Assembly: GCA_026004595.1 (NCBI GenBank)
Contig: BPJL01000002.1
Coordinates: forward strand, 1,431 to 65,430
DNA length: 64,000 bases
Direction of reading: 5' to 3'
DNA from: Patescibacteria group bacterium
GTDB lineage: Bacteria; Patescibacteriota; WWE3; UBA101185; UBA10185
The notes under the pieces were generated by a model, which made no database searches, was not told the DNA's origin, and saw only the letters and a program-made list of their open reading frames with translations. A program made the position numbers and the translations under genes. Of this stretch, positions 48,910 to 57,023 are shown piece after piece. Position 1 is the stretch's first letter. The number at the start of each line of letters is the position of its first letter.

Positions 48910-49593
48910 TTATTCACCCCCTTTCAACAAATTTTGGGCACGCATGCTTGAGAAAGATTTGTCGCATACTATTAGGTGATCGATAAGGTTTATGCCGACA
49001 ATTTGGCAGGCTTCTTGAACTCTTTTAGTAATTTTCACATCTTCTGTGCTGGGGTTAGGCTCTCCAGACGGATGGTTATGGGCAAGAATGATAGATACGG
49101 CATTATCCATTATTGCCGTTCTTATAATTTCACGCGGGTGTATGAGGGTCTCGTTTATTGTGCCCGCGGACACCAAGCTTTTTTTGATAGTGATGTTTCT
49201 TGAATTTAGGGATATTAAATACAAGTGTTCAGTTTCTTTTCCAAAGAAATTGGGTTTGACGTATTCATAGGCGTCATTTGGTCCTGACACTTTTACACTT
49301 TGTCTTGGAGGGTTGTTATACCTATTGATAAGCTCTTTTATAGCCGAGAGTCTTGCGGCCTTAACCTTTCCAAGATATTTGTTTCTTATCAATTTTTGGA
49401 CAGGGGTATTTAAAAGGGTATAAAGAGATCCACTTTCCCTAATTATTTTTTGTGAGAGTTCCAGTACCGAGCTGCCTTTGCCGCCGCTTGATAGGATTAT
49501 GGCTGTAAGTTCGGCGTCAGACAGTATATCGGCACCTTTGTTAAGCAGTTTTTCTATTGGTCTGTCTTCTTCTGGAAGTAAAGACATTTTCAT
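48910..49593 (-). CDS. radC: RadC-like JAB/MPN domain protein
   Basis: HhH-like N-terminal part and JAMM motif ILAHNHPSGEPNPSTED; its stop overlaps the start of the TasA-like gene. Confidence 0.8.
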   Translation of the reverse strand: MKMSLLPEEDRPIEKLLNKGADILSDAELTAIILSSGGKGSSVLELSQKIIRESGSLYTLLNTPVQKLIRNKYLGKVKAARLSAIKELINRYNNPPRQSVKVSGPNDAYEYVKPNFFGKETEHLYLISLNSRNITIKKSLVSAGTINETLIHPREIIRTAIMDNAVSIILAHNHPSGEPNPSTEDVKITKRVQEACQIVGINLIDHLIVCDKSFSSMRAQNLLKGGE

Positions 49594-49655
49594 AAAGCAT
49601 AATCTAGGTTATTGCAATTTACATTACAATATGTTAAATTCTAATCCTACCAGCT

Positions 49656-49931
49656 ATGTCCGAAATTGGTGTTAAGATAAGGGAGATAAGAAATTCACAC
49701 CGCCTTTCGCAATACAGATTTGGAAAAAAATTGGGAATTTCAGGTAAAACTGTTTCCGCTTATGAAACGGGAAGAGCTATTCCGCCCGAGAAAATAATAA
49801 ACCTGATCTCCGAAGTTTTTTCGTGCCCGATCATCTATATGAACAAGCAGGAGAAATGCCGTTTGAAAGACCAAATAGTCACTATTAAAAGCTTTATAGA
49901 TAATTTGGAAAAAGTGTTGTTCGGTAGTTAA
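49656..49931 (+). CDS. XRE-family HTH transcriptional regulator
   Basis: IREIRNSHRLSQYRFGKKLGISGKTVSAYETG helix-turn-helix; 91 aa; divergent from radC. Confidence 0.7.
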   Translation: MSEIGVKIREIRNSHRLSQYRFGKKLGISGKTVSAYETGRAIPPEKIINLISEVFSCPIIYMNKQEKCRLKDQIVTIKSFIDNLEKVLFGS

Positions 49932-50353
49932 CGTTTTGAGTATTGAGGAGCTTTTCTTGCCTTGTGAAGATAAGGCTTCTTTCTTTCAACCATTCTCGAG
50001 TCTCTTGTGAGTAGCCCCTGTTTTCTAAGCATGGAAGAATATTCTTCATTCATTGATGCCAAGGCTACTGATATTCCATGAGCTACGGCTCCTAGCTGAG
50101 ATGATTTTCCCGAACCTGATACTTTTATTGTTGCCCTGAATTTCGCTTTTGGGTGGGACACCCCGATAATATGAAAGGGTTTTGTCCACACCACTTGTTC
50201 TTTTTCGGTAGGGAAGTAATCATTTATGTCCCTTCCATTGACGGTCATGTCGCCCTTCTCATCCCAAAGGAAAACTCTGGCAACGGCGGTCTTTCTCCTT
50301 CCGGTGCCTGTGTAAAATTTTTCTTTTATTTTGTCTTTTTTTTCTTCGTTCAT
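49928..50353 (-). CDS. rpsI: 30S ribosomal protein S9
   Basis: C-terminal RKKPYLHKARKAPQYSKR. Start set at MNEEKK (AGGAGG 9 nt upstream); the track ORF extends to 50461. Confidence 0.9.
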   Translation of the reverse strand: MNEEKKDKIKEKFYTGTGRRKTAVARVFLWDEKGDMTVNGRDINDYFPTEKEQVVWTKPFHIIGVSHPKAKFRATIKVSGSGKSSQLGAVAHGISVALASMNEEYSSMLRKQGLLTRDSRMVERKKPYLHKARKAPQYSKR

Positions 50354-50354
50354 T

Positions 50355-50780
50355 CTACTTTGCCGCCTCCTGGGCTTTGTGCGGATGCTCCGGACCAACA
50401 TATACATGGAGGTTTGACATCCTTTCTTTTCTAAGTTTATTTTTGGGAAGCATTCCTTCAACCGCCCTTATTAAAATTTGTCTCGGGTCTTTTTCAAAAA
50501 CCTTCTCCATTTTTTGGACCCTTAATCCTTTGGGGTACCCGGTATGATGTATGTAGGTTTTCTTTTTCATTTTGTTGCCAGTGAGCGCTATTTTTTCAAC
50601 GTTGGTTACCACAACAACTCCTCCTGTATTTTGGTTGGGGGAAAACATAGGGGTGTTTTTCCCGATGAGCACTTTTGCGATTTCGGACGCAAGCATACCC
50701 AAAACTTTGTTTGAGGCATCGAAAAAATACCACTTTCTATCATTTATTTTTTTAGCGCTTGTAGTCTTATTGTTTGTCAT
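50355..50780 (-). CDS. rplM: 50S ribosomal protein L13
   Basis: KWYFFDASNKVLGMLAS... L13 signature; rplM-rpsI pair. Confidence 0.9.
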   Translation of the reverse strand: MTNNKTTSAKKINDRKWYFFDASNKVLGMLASEIAKVLIGKNTPMFSPNQNTGGVVVVTNVEKIALTGNKMKKKTYIHHTGYPKGLRVQKMEKVFEKDPRQILIRAVEGMLPKNKLRKERMSNLHVYVGPEHPHKAQEAAK

Positions 50781-51255
50781 TTTGTGCTTTGTTCACCTTT
50801 CCCTTTTTGTCCTTTTTTTCGGCCGGTTTCTTTTCGCCCTTTTTATTTGCTTCTTTTATAGGAGCGTCTTTCGTTTCAGAAGGCAGAAGTTCTATTCTTG
50901 CCGTTTTTGCATTATCTCCGACTCTATTGCCCGTCTTTATTATTCTAGTGTATCCTCCCGGTCTTTTATGGAACCTTTCGGCGATTTCGCCGATAAGCTT
51001 TTTTACGGCGCTATCGTTCCCAAGTTCGCGTTTTAATGTTTTGACAGTATTAAACAAAACTACCTTGTCTTCGGATCTAAAGCTTTTCTTCGCCTTAGTT
51101 ATGATTTTCTCAACAAATGGCTTTACAAATTTCGCTTTCTCAAGAGTAGTGTTTACTCTTTCGTGCAGTATAAGCTCGGATGCCAGATTCTTTGCCAAGG
51201 ATTGTCTATGCTCGGCAGTTCTTCCCATTTTCTTTTTCTCTATGCGGTGTCTCAT
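50767..51255 (-). CDS. rplQ: 50S ribosomal protein L17 with a lysine-rich C-terminal extension
   Basis: MRHRIEKKKMGRTAEHRQSLAKNLASELILHERVNTTLEKAK. Confidence 0.9.
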   Translation of the reverse strand: MRHRIEKKKMGRTAEHRQSLAKNLASELILHERVNTTLEKAKFVKPFVEKIITKAKKSFRSEDKVVLFNTVKTLKRELGNDSAVKKLIGEIAERFHKRPGGYTRIIKTGNRVGDNAKTARIELLPSETKDAPIKEANKKGEKKPAEKKDKKGKVNKAQNDKQ

Positions 51256-51272
51256 ACGCTGGTTGGTTTAAA

Positions 51273-52196
51273 TTATCTAAGTCCCTCTTTCTTAAGAAGC
51301 TTTTTTATTTCTTCAAGAGATTTTTCGCCGAGATTTTTAATGTCGGCTATTTCTTCATCAGACTTCTTTGCCAATTGCTTTAGTGTATCCACCCCATGTT
51401 TTTTGAGTGCATTTATTGTCCTTGTTTGAAGAGGTAGTTCGTCTACGGCCACATCTTCCACATCTACAATGACGGGTTCTTCAGTTTCTAGCTGCTTTCC
51501 TTTAGCGCCTTCAATTTCCCATTTCTCAAACATTTCATAGTATCCTTTGAGAATCCCCGATGCTTTGATGATCGCCTCTTTTGGTGAAATACTTCCATCG
51601 GTTTCCACAGTAATCAAGAGCTTATCCAGATCTGTTTTGTCGCCAAACCTTGTGGGCTCAACAGAATATGTAACATTTATGACAGGAGAAAACAAGGCGT
51701 CGAGGACTATAACTCCAATTTTTGAGGTTTGTCTTTCTTCCATTGGCGAATATCCGGTTCCCGGTTCAACTACAAGCTCAATATTAATCTCGCTCTTTGA
51801 GTCGGCAAGGGTCGCTATGTGGAGATCCTTATTCATTACCTCAAGATCAGAGGGCATATCTATGTCCTTTGCCGTTACTTCTCCTGCGCCTTTCTTTTTT
51901 ATTGTTGCTACTACAGGATTATTTGTGTGAATCTTAAACCTAAGTTTTTTGATGTTAAGTGTAAGCTGAACAATGTCCTCTTTTATGCCAGGGAGGGTAG
52001 TAAATTGATGAGACGCTCCCGCTATTTTAATCTGGGTCACAGCGGCTCCTTCTATCTCTGTAAGCAGGACTCTTCTTAAAGCGTTTCCTAAAGTATGCCC
52101 GAAGCCTGTTGGAAGCGGTTCTACTGAATAAGTACTAAGCTTACCCCCCTCATTTATGGGGTTTATTTTTAAATTTTCTTTGATAGCTAATATCAT
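51273..52196 (-). CDS. rpoA: DNA-directed RNA polymerase subunit alpha
   Basis: Alpha-NTD and alpha-CTD; 307 aa; canonical position between rpsD and rplQ. Confidence 0.93.
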   Translation of the reverse strand: MILAIKENLKINPINEGGKLSTYSVEPLPTGFGHTLGNALRRVLLTEIEGAAVTQIKIAGASHQFTTLPGIKEDIVQLTLNIKKLRFKIHTNNPVVATIKKKGAGEVTAKDIDMPSDLEVMNKDLHIATLADSKSEINIELVVEPGTGYSPMEERQTSKIGVIVLDALFSPVINVTYSVEPTRFGDKTDLDKLLITVETDGSISPKEAIIKASGILKGYYEMFEKWEIEGAKGKQLETEEPVIVDVEDVAVDELPLQTRTINALKKHGVDTLKQLAKKSDEEIADIKNLGEKSLEEIKKLLKKEGLR

Positions 52197-52213
52197 TTTT
52201 CCTCCTATAAAAA

Positions 52214-52816
52214 TTACCTTGAATAGAACTCAATAATTGATTGCATATCTACTTTCTCTTGCGTATCTTCAGCATTTGGAAGCCTCAAATATTTTACATA
52301 TCTTTCTTTTGTGTTGGCTTCGAGCCATTCGGGAAGGACGAAACCTTCTCTAAGGTGTATCTTTTCAAAACTCACCGGTTTTATGATGTCGCCTATTTTC
52401 AAAATTCTGGAAGGGATGTTTTCTTTCTTACCATTTACCGTAAATAAACCTCTCCTTATAAACTGTCTGGCTTGAGCTCTTGACACAGCAAAACCACTTC
52501 TATAAACCATATTGTCAAGCCTGGATTCGAGAAGTCTTGTCAATATTTCTCCCGAAACACCTTTGGCTGACAGAGCTTTGTTCACGTAGTTTTTGAACTG
52601 CTTTTCCAGAAGCCCGTAAATTCTTTTGGCTTTTTGCTTCTCTCTAAGCTGTTTTCCGTACTCCGACATTGACTTTCTTCTTGTGCCGTGCATTCCCGGC
52701 GCTTGGGCCTTTTTGGTAATAGGGCATTTTTCCGACTCACATTTCGAGCCCTTGAGGTAAAGCTTGACCCCTTCTCTCCTACAGAGTCTACATTTTGCGT
52801 CAGTATATCTAGCCAT
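52214..52816 (-). CDS. rpsD: 30S ribosomal protein S4
   Basis: MARYTDAKCRLCRREG zinc-ribbon N-terminus plus S4 domain. Confidence 0.92.
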   Translation of the reverse strand: MARYTDAKCRLCRREGVKLYLKGSKCESEKCPITKKAQAPGMHGTRRKSMSEYGKQLREKQKAKRIYGLLEKQFKNYVNKALSAKGVSGEILTRLLESRLDNMVYRSGFAVSRAQARQFIRRGLFTVNGKKENIPSRILKIGDIIKPVSFEKIHLREGFVLPEWLEANTKERYVKYLRLPNAEDTQEKVDMQSIIEFYSR

Positions 52817-52818
52817 AA

Positions 52819-53211
52819 TTAAACTCTCCTTTTCTTTTTAGGCCTGCACCCATTGTGGGGGATAGGAGTAAGATCGGAAATGGATACTACGTTAAGACCC
52901 GAGGTTTTTAAGGCTTTTATTGATGAAATTCTGCCTAATCCCGGACCCTTTACAAAAACTGATACATCTCTTAAGCCTGCTTTTGAAGCTTGTGACCCGG
53001 CCATTTCAGCGGCCTTGGTTGCTGCATAGGGAGTGGATCTTCTTGATCCCTTAAAACCCGCGCTGCCCGAACTTGCTGAAAACAAAGTATTTCCATCGGA
53101 GTCGGTTACTGTGACTATGGTGTTGTTCATACCTGCAGTTATGTACACCTTTCCTGCAGTTGGTATTTTTCTTTCTTTATTTTTCTTTGCTTTTGAGCTT
53201 TTTTGAGCCAT
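52819..53211 (-). CDS. rpsK: 30S ribosomal protein S11
   Basis: IYITAGMNNTIVTVTDSDGNTL...TPIPHNGCRP. Confidence 0.92.
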   Translation of the reverse strand: MAQKSSKAKKNKERKIPTAGKVYITAGMNNTIVTVTDSDGNTLFSASSGSAGFKGSRRSTPYAATKAAEMAGSQASKAGLRDVSVFVKGPGLGRISSIKALKTSGLNVVSISDLTPIPHNGCRPKKKRRV

Positions 53212-53225
53212 ATTTTATTTACTGA

Positions 53226-53612
53226 TTATTTCTTGGCCAGTTTCTTTTTCTGACCGCCTACAGTCTTTCTTTTACCTTTTCTTGTTCTGGCATTGGTTCT
53301 TGTTCTTTGTCCCCTTACGGGAAGTCCTGACAGGTGCCTTAAGCCCCTGTAGGCCTTTATTTCCTGCAGTCGTCTTATGTTTTGATTTACCAATCTTTTA
53401 AGCTCCCCTTCAACTGGAATTTCCATAGCTGCAATTGCTGCGTTTATCTTTGCAATATCCTCATCTGTTAGGTTCTTGGCCCTAATATCGGGAGAGATTC
53501 CGGCCTTGTCCAAAATTTTTCTGGACATGGTTGAGCCTATTCCGTATATATACCTCAAAGAGGCCTCAATTCTTTTTTCTCCAGGTATGTCCACACCTTT
53601 TACTCTAGGCAT
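53226..53612 (-). CDS. rpsM: 30S ribosomal protein S13
   Basis: [26 protein letters not shown]. Confidence 0.92.
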   Translation of the reverse strand: MPRVKGVDIPGEKRIEASLRYIYGIGSTMSRKILDKAGISPDIRAKNLTDEDIAKINAAIAAMEIPVEGELKRLVNQNIRRLQEIKAYRGLRHLSGLPVRGQRTRTNARTRKGKRKTVGGQKKKLAKK

Positions 53613-53615
53613 AAT

Positions 53616-53732
53616 TTATCCCTGTCTTTGTTTATGTTTAGGGTTTCTTTTGCATATTACCCTAACCTTTTTATTTCTAATAATTACTTTGCAATCTTTA
53701 CAGATTGCCTTTACAGATGATCTTACCTTCAT
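53616..53732 (-). CDS. rpmJ: 50S ribosomal protein L36
   Basis: Hand-translated 38 aa [38 protein letters not shown]; C..C..C..H zinc ribbon; lies between infA and rpsM. Not in the ORF track. Confidence 0.85.
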   Translation of the reverse strand: MKVRSSVKAICKDCKVIIRNKKVRVICKRNPKHKQRQG

Positions 53733-53780
53733 AAATACCTTTCAAGCTTCTAATTTTCTGTTGCTTACAGCAACATCAGT

Positions 53781-53999
53781 TTATTTAAGCCTATAAATGA
53801 TCCTTCCTCTTGTAAGGTCGTGGGGAGAGAATTCTATTCTGACTCTGTCCCCAGGCAAAACCCTAATGTGGGCTTTCCTCATTTTACCCGAAACTACGGC
53901 TAAAGCTGTAGTTTCGTCGTCAAACTCAACCGTGAACATCCCTCCCATATGAGTTTCAGTTATTTTTCCGTCTTTTGTTACTACCTCTTTTGTACTCAT
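53781..53999 (-). CDS. infA: Translation initiation factor IF-1
   Basis: 72 aa, S1-like OB fold, [16 protein letters not shown]. Confidence 0.9.
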   Translation of the reverse strand: MSTKEVVTKDGKITETHMGGMFTVEFDDETTALAVVSGKMRKAHIRVLPGDRVRIEFSPHDLTRGRIIYRLK

Positions 54000-54063
54000 T
54001 TAGCTTTTAGTCTTAACGAACGCGCTTGATTGTAGCAGAAGCTTCAATATCGGTCAATAATAC

Positions 54064-54103
54064 AAAAAAGGCACATAAGAACGATGCAGAGTGCCGTTTT
54101 TTT
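54064..54103. terminator. Bidirectional terminator hairpin (A6-GGCAC...GTGCC-T7) between the divergent infA and serS genes
   Basis: Stem GGCAC (54070-74) / GTGCC (54091-95), flanked by AAAAAA upstream and TTTTTTT downstream. Confidence 0.45.
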
Positions 54104-54183
54104 GGCATTACATTGACTTTTGCGGTTGCGAAACTTATATTACCATTGTATATGTAAAAATCAATAAAAAGGGGTTTTTTGTA

Positions 54184-55455
54184 ATGCTAGACATTAATTT
54201 TATTAAAGCAAATGTGGATCTGGTCAAAAAAGCGGTGAGAGAGAAGGGCTTGGAAGGTACTGTATCGATTGATAAATTAATTGAAACCCACACTCGCTAC
54301 ATCGATGCTTTAAAGAGAGTAGAAACGCATAGAGCATTAAAAAACAAACTTTCTGAAGATATTTCAAAAGCTAACGCTTCGGAGAGGGAAAAGCTTATAA
54401 CCGAGGCGACTTCGGTTAAAGAGGAGTTGTCGAAATACGAAAAGGAACTGGACGAAATCAAGTTTGCGTTTGACAAGATGATGCTTTGGGTTCCCAATGT
54501 GCCCTCTGACGATGTTCCTATAGGTAAGGATGAAAACGATGACAAGGTCGTTAGAACTGTTGGATCTATCAGGGATTTTGGTTTCAGGCCCAAAGATCAT
54601 ATTGATCTAGGAGCAGCATTGGATGTTATAGATCTGGAAAGAGGTGCCAAAATAGCCGGATTTAGGGGATATTTCTTAAAGGGAGAGGCGGCGGAGCTTG
54701 AGCAAGCCCTCTTAAAATATGCCTGCGGCGTGATGAAGGAAGCGGGGTTCACTTTTATGTCGGTTCCTTGGATAGTAAAGCCCGAATTTTTTATCGGAAC
54801 AGGTTACTTCCCATGGGGAGAAGATGATCACTACAGGTTAGAAGAGGATAAGGCTTTAATAGGGACGGCGGAGGTATCCCTTACCTCATACTATGCTGGG
54901 GAGATTCTCGAGGAAGCTGATCTTCCTGTCAAGCTTTATGGATTGAGCCCATGCTTTAGAAAGGAAATAGGAGCCTATGGGAAGGATACCAAGGGTATTT
55001 TTCGACTACACCAATTCTATAAAGTTGAGCAGATGGTTCTTACGACTGCTAACGAAGAGATAACAAGAGAGTGGCACGAAAAAATGCTCGGTTATTCTGA
55101 AAAAGTCCTTGAGGGTCTTAATCTTCCCTATAGGGTTGTCTTGAAGTGTACTGGAGAGATTGGGGCTGGGCAGGTTAAAAAATATGATTTGGAAACATGG
55201 TTTCCTTCTCAGGAGAGATACCGAGAAACACACTCCGATTCTTATTTTAGAGATTTCCAATCTCGGAGGTTGAATATAAGGTATAGAGATTCCAACGGAG
55301 ATCTAAAGTATGTCTATACCCTGAACAATACTGTAGCAGCCTCGCCCCGTCTTCTGGCTGCTATTTTGGAGAATTACCAAAATGCAGATGGAAGTGTAAT
55401 TGTTCCTGAGGTTCTTAGACCCTACGTCGGTTTTGATAAAATCCTGCCCAAGTAG
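54184..55455 (+). CDS. serS: Seryl-tRNA synthetase
   Basis: N-terminal coiled-coil arm plus class II core (motif 2 FRKEIGAYGKDTKGIFRLHQF). Start at MLDINF; TTGACT-N17-TATATT promoter at ~54110-54138. Confidence 0.9.
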   Translation: MLDINFIKANVDLVKKAVREKGLEGTVSIDKLIETHTRYIDALKRVETHRALKNKLSEDISKANASEREKLITEATSVKEELSKYEKELDEIKFAFDKMMLWVPNVPSDDVPIGKDENDDKVVRTVGSIRDFGFRPKDHIDLGAALDVIDLERGAKIAGFRGYFLKGEAAELEQALLKYACGVMKEAGFTFMSVPWIVKPEFFIGTGYFPWGEDDHYRLEEDKALIGTAEVSLTSYYAGEILEEADLPVKLYGLSPCFRKEIGAYGKDTKGIFRLHQFYKVEQMVLTTANEEITREWHEKMLGYSEKVLEGLNLPYRVVLKCTGEIGAGQVKKYDLETWFPSQERYRETHSDSYFRDFQSRRLNIRYRDSNGDLKYVYTLNNTVAASPRLLAAILENYQNADGSVIVPEVLRPYVGFDKILPK

Positions 55456-55481
55456 AAAATAATTTGATAGTATGGCTTAAT

Positions 55482-56171
55482 ATGAATATCTTTGACGGGA
55501 TCCAGCTTCCTAAGATTATCTACGAGGCAGAATCAAAATATAACGGCAAAATTGAGGTATGGGAGGTCGGTAAAACCCGAAAAATAAAGGTTGAAAAGAT
55601 TGATCAGTCAATCTCTCACAAATCTTCCTCGGCAAACAGGTTGGTGTGGGGCAAGGTTGTAGAAATTTTGGAGGAAAATGCTCCCGATTTGCAGAAAGTT
55701 TTAATATTGGGTTTGGGTGGGGGTACGATGGCTCACATAATCTCAGAAAGATTTAATCATCCCGAAATTGTGAGTGTGGAAATTGATCCTGTTATGATAG
55801 ATATAGCGAGAAAATTTTTTGATTTAGATTCGATACCAAACCATAGGGTTATAGAGGCAGATGCTTTAAGAGTAACTATCGAACCCGAAGATTATGACCT
55901 CGAAGAAGAATATTTCAATGTTGTGATTGTTGATATATTTAATGGTGAGAAATATCCCGATTTGGGAAAGTCGGGAAACTTTATCGCTTCAGTTAAAAGG
56001 TTGGTGAGGCCGGGAGGCCTTTTAATTTTTAACCGAATTTATTTAGACCATCATCAAGATGATGTGAATATATTTATAGAATACCTTGGGGATTTTTTAC
56101 ATAATGTTACATGTCTGGTTGTTGCGGGGTATACAAATTCTGACAACGTTCTCATCTACGGGAAAGTTTGA
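55482..56171 (+). CDS. Spermidine-synthase-like / class I SAM-dependent methyltransferase-fold protein
   Basis: VLILGLGGGTMAHII...EIDPVMIDIARKFF...IVDIF pattern. ATG 55482 lies 8 nt after TGATAGTAT; the track ORF begins at TTG 55464. Confidence 0.55.
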   Translation: MNIFDGIQLPKIIYEAESKYNGKIEVWEVGKTRKIKVEKIDQSISHKSSSANRLVWGKVVEILEENAPDLQKVLILGLGGGTMAHIISERFNHPEIVSVEIDPVMIDIARKFFDLDSIPNHRVIEADALRVTIEPEDYDLEEEYFNVVIVDIFNGEKYPDLGKSGNFIASVKRLVRPGGLLIFNRIYLDHHQDDVNIFIEYLGDFLHNVTCLVVAGYTNSDNVLIYGKV

Positions 56172-56180
56172 TTTTTTGAC

Positions 56181-56983
56181 ATGACTATTTTTCAAGCTCT
56201 AATGATGGGTATTGTGCAGGGGCTGACAGAGTTTATCCCCGTTTCGTCTTCGGGGCATCTTGTAATTTTTCCAAAGCTTTTAGGATGGGAAGATAGCGGC
56301 TTGGCTTTTGATACTGTGCTTCATATGGGAACTCTACTTGCTCTTCTCGTCTATTTTTCCAGTGATTTGAAAGGGTTTTTCTGTGTCTTTTGTGAAAGAT
56401 TTGAAAAAAAGGATTTAAAAGTATTGAGAGTGAAACCCGTTTTCTTTTTTGGCTTATTCTTGCAACACTTCCTGCGGGTCTTGCAGGTTTACTTCTTGAA
56501 AATTTTATTGAAAGCAAATTTAGGAGCATTTTGAGTGTTGCTGTTTTTCTTTTGCTGGGGTCGGTTCTTATGTATTTTGCGGATAGAAAGGTGGGGGGCA
56601 AAAATCTAAGACCTAGTTTGAAGAATATTTTTACCGTCGGTCTATTTCAATGTCTAGCGCTCTTTCCCGGGGTTTCAAGATCGGGGGCGACGATTTCGGG
56701 GGGGCTTTTTGTTGGTTTTGATCGGGAGCTCGCCGCGAGAATTTCCTTTCTTTTGTCTATACCTGTGATAGCCGTTGCGGGTCTTTTCCAACTGCCGGTT
56801 GCGCTTTTACAATTTTCCGGAGAAGATTTGGGGGTGTTGGCGGCTGGGTTTTTTTCTAGTGCAGCCGCGGGCTACTTTTCTGTATACGTGCTTTTGAAAT
56901 TCTTAAAAAAGAATAGCCTTAGATCTTTCATTATTTATCGAGTTGTGCTCGGTGTCTTTCTAATTTTATTGCATTATTCTTAA
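56181..56983 (+). CDS. uppP: Undecaprenyl-diphosphatase UppP/BacA, split by a frameshift in the A7 tract at 56404-56410
   Basis: First part [14 protein letters not shown]; second part ...[13 protein letters not shown]. Adding one A to the A7 run restores a single continuous reading frame. Confidence 0.75.
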
Positions 56984-57023
56984 GAAAAACTGTACAGCTT
57001 TCGGTGCTATAATCAACTTCGAT

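Noticed and set aside
54104-54183. T-box riboswitch leader upstream of serS
   Set aside because: The leader between the promoter (-10 ends ~54138) and the ATG is only ~45-65 nt. That is far too short for a T-box, and no specifier/antiterminator structure is evident.
56404-56410. uppP A7 tract as a genuine phase-variation switch
   Set aside because: The same class of homopolymer indel also hits essential secA, lepB and rpoB nearby, so a sequencing or assembly artefact is the simpler explanation.
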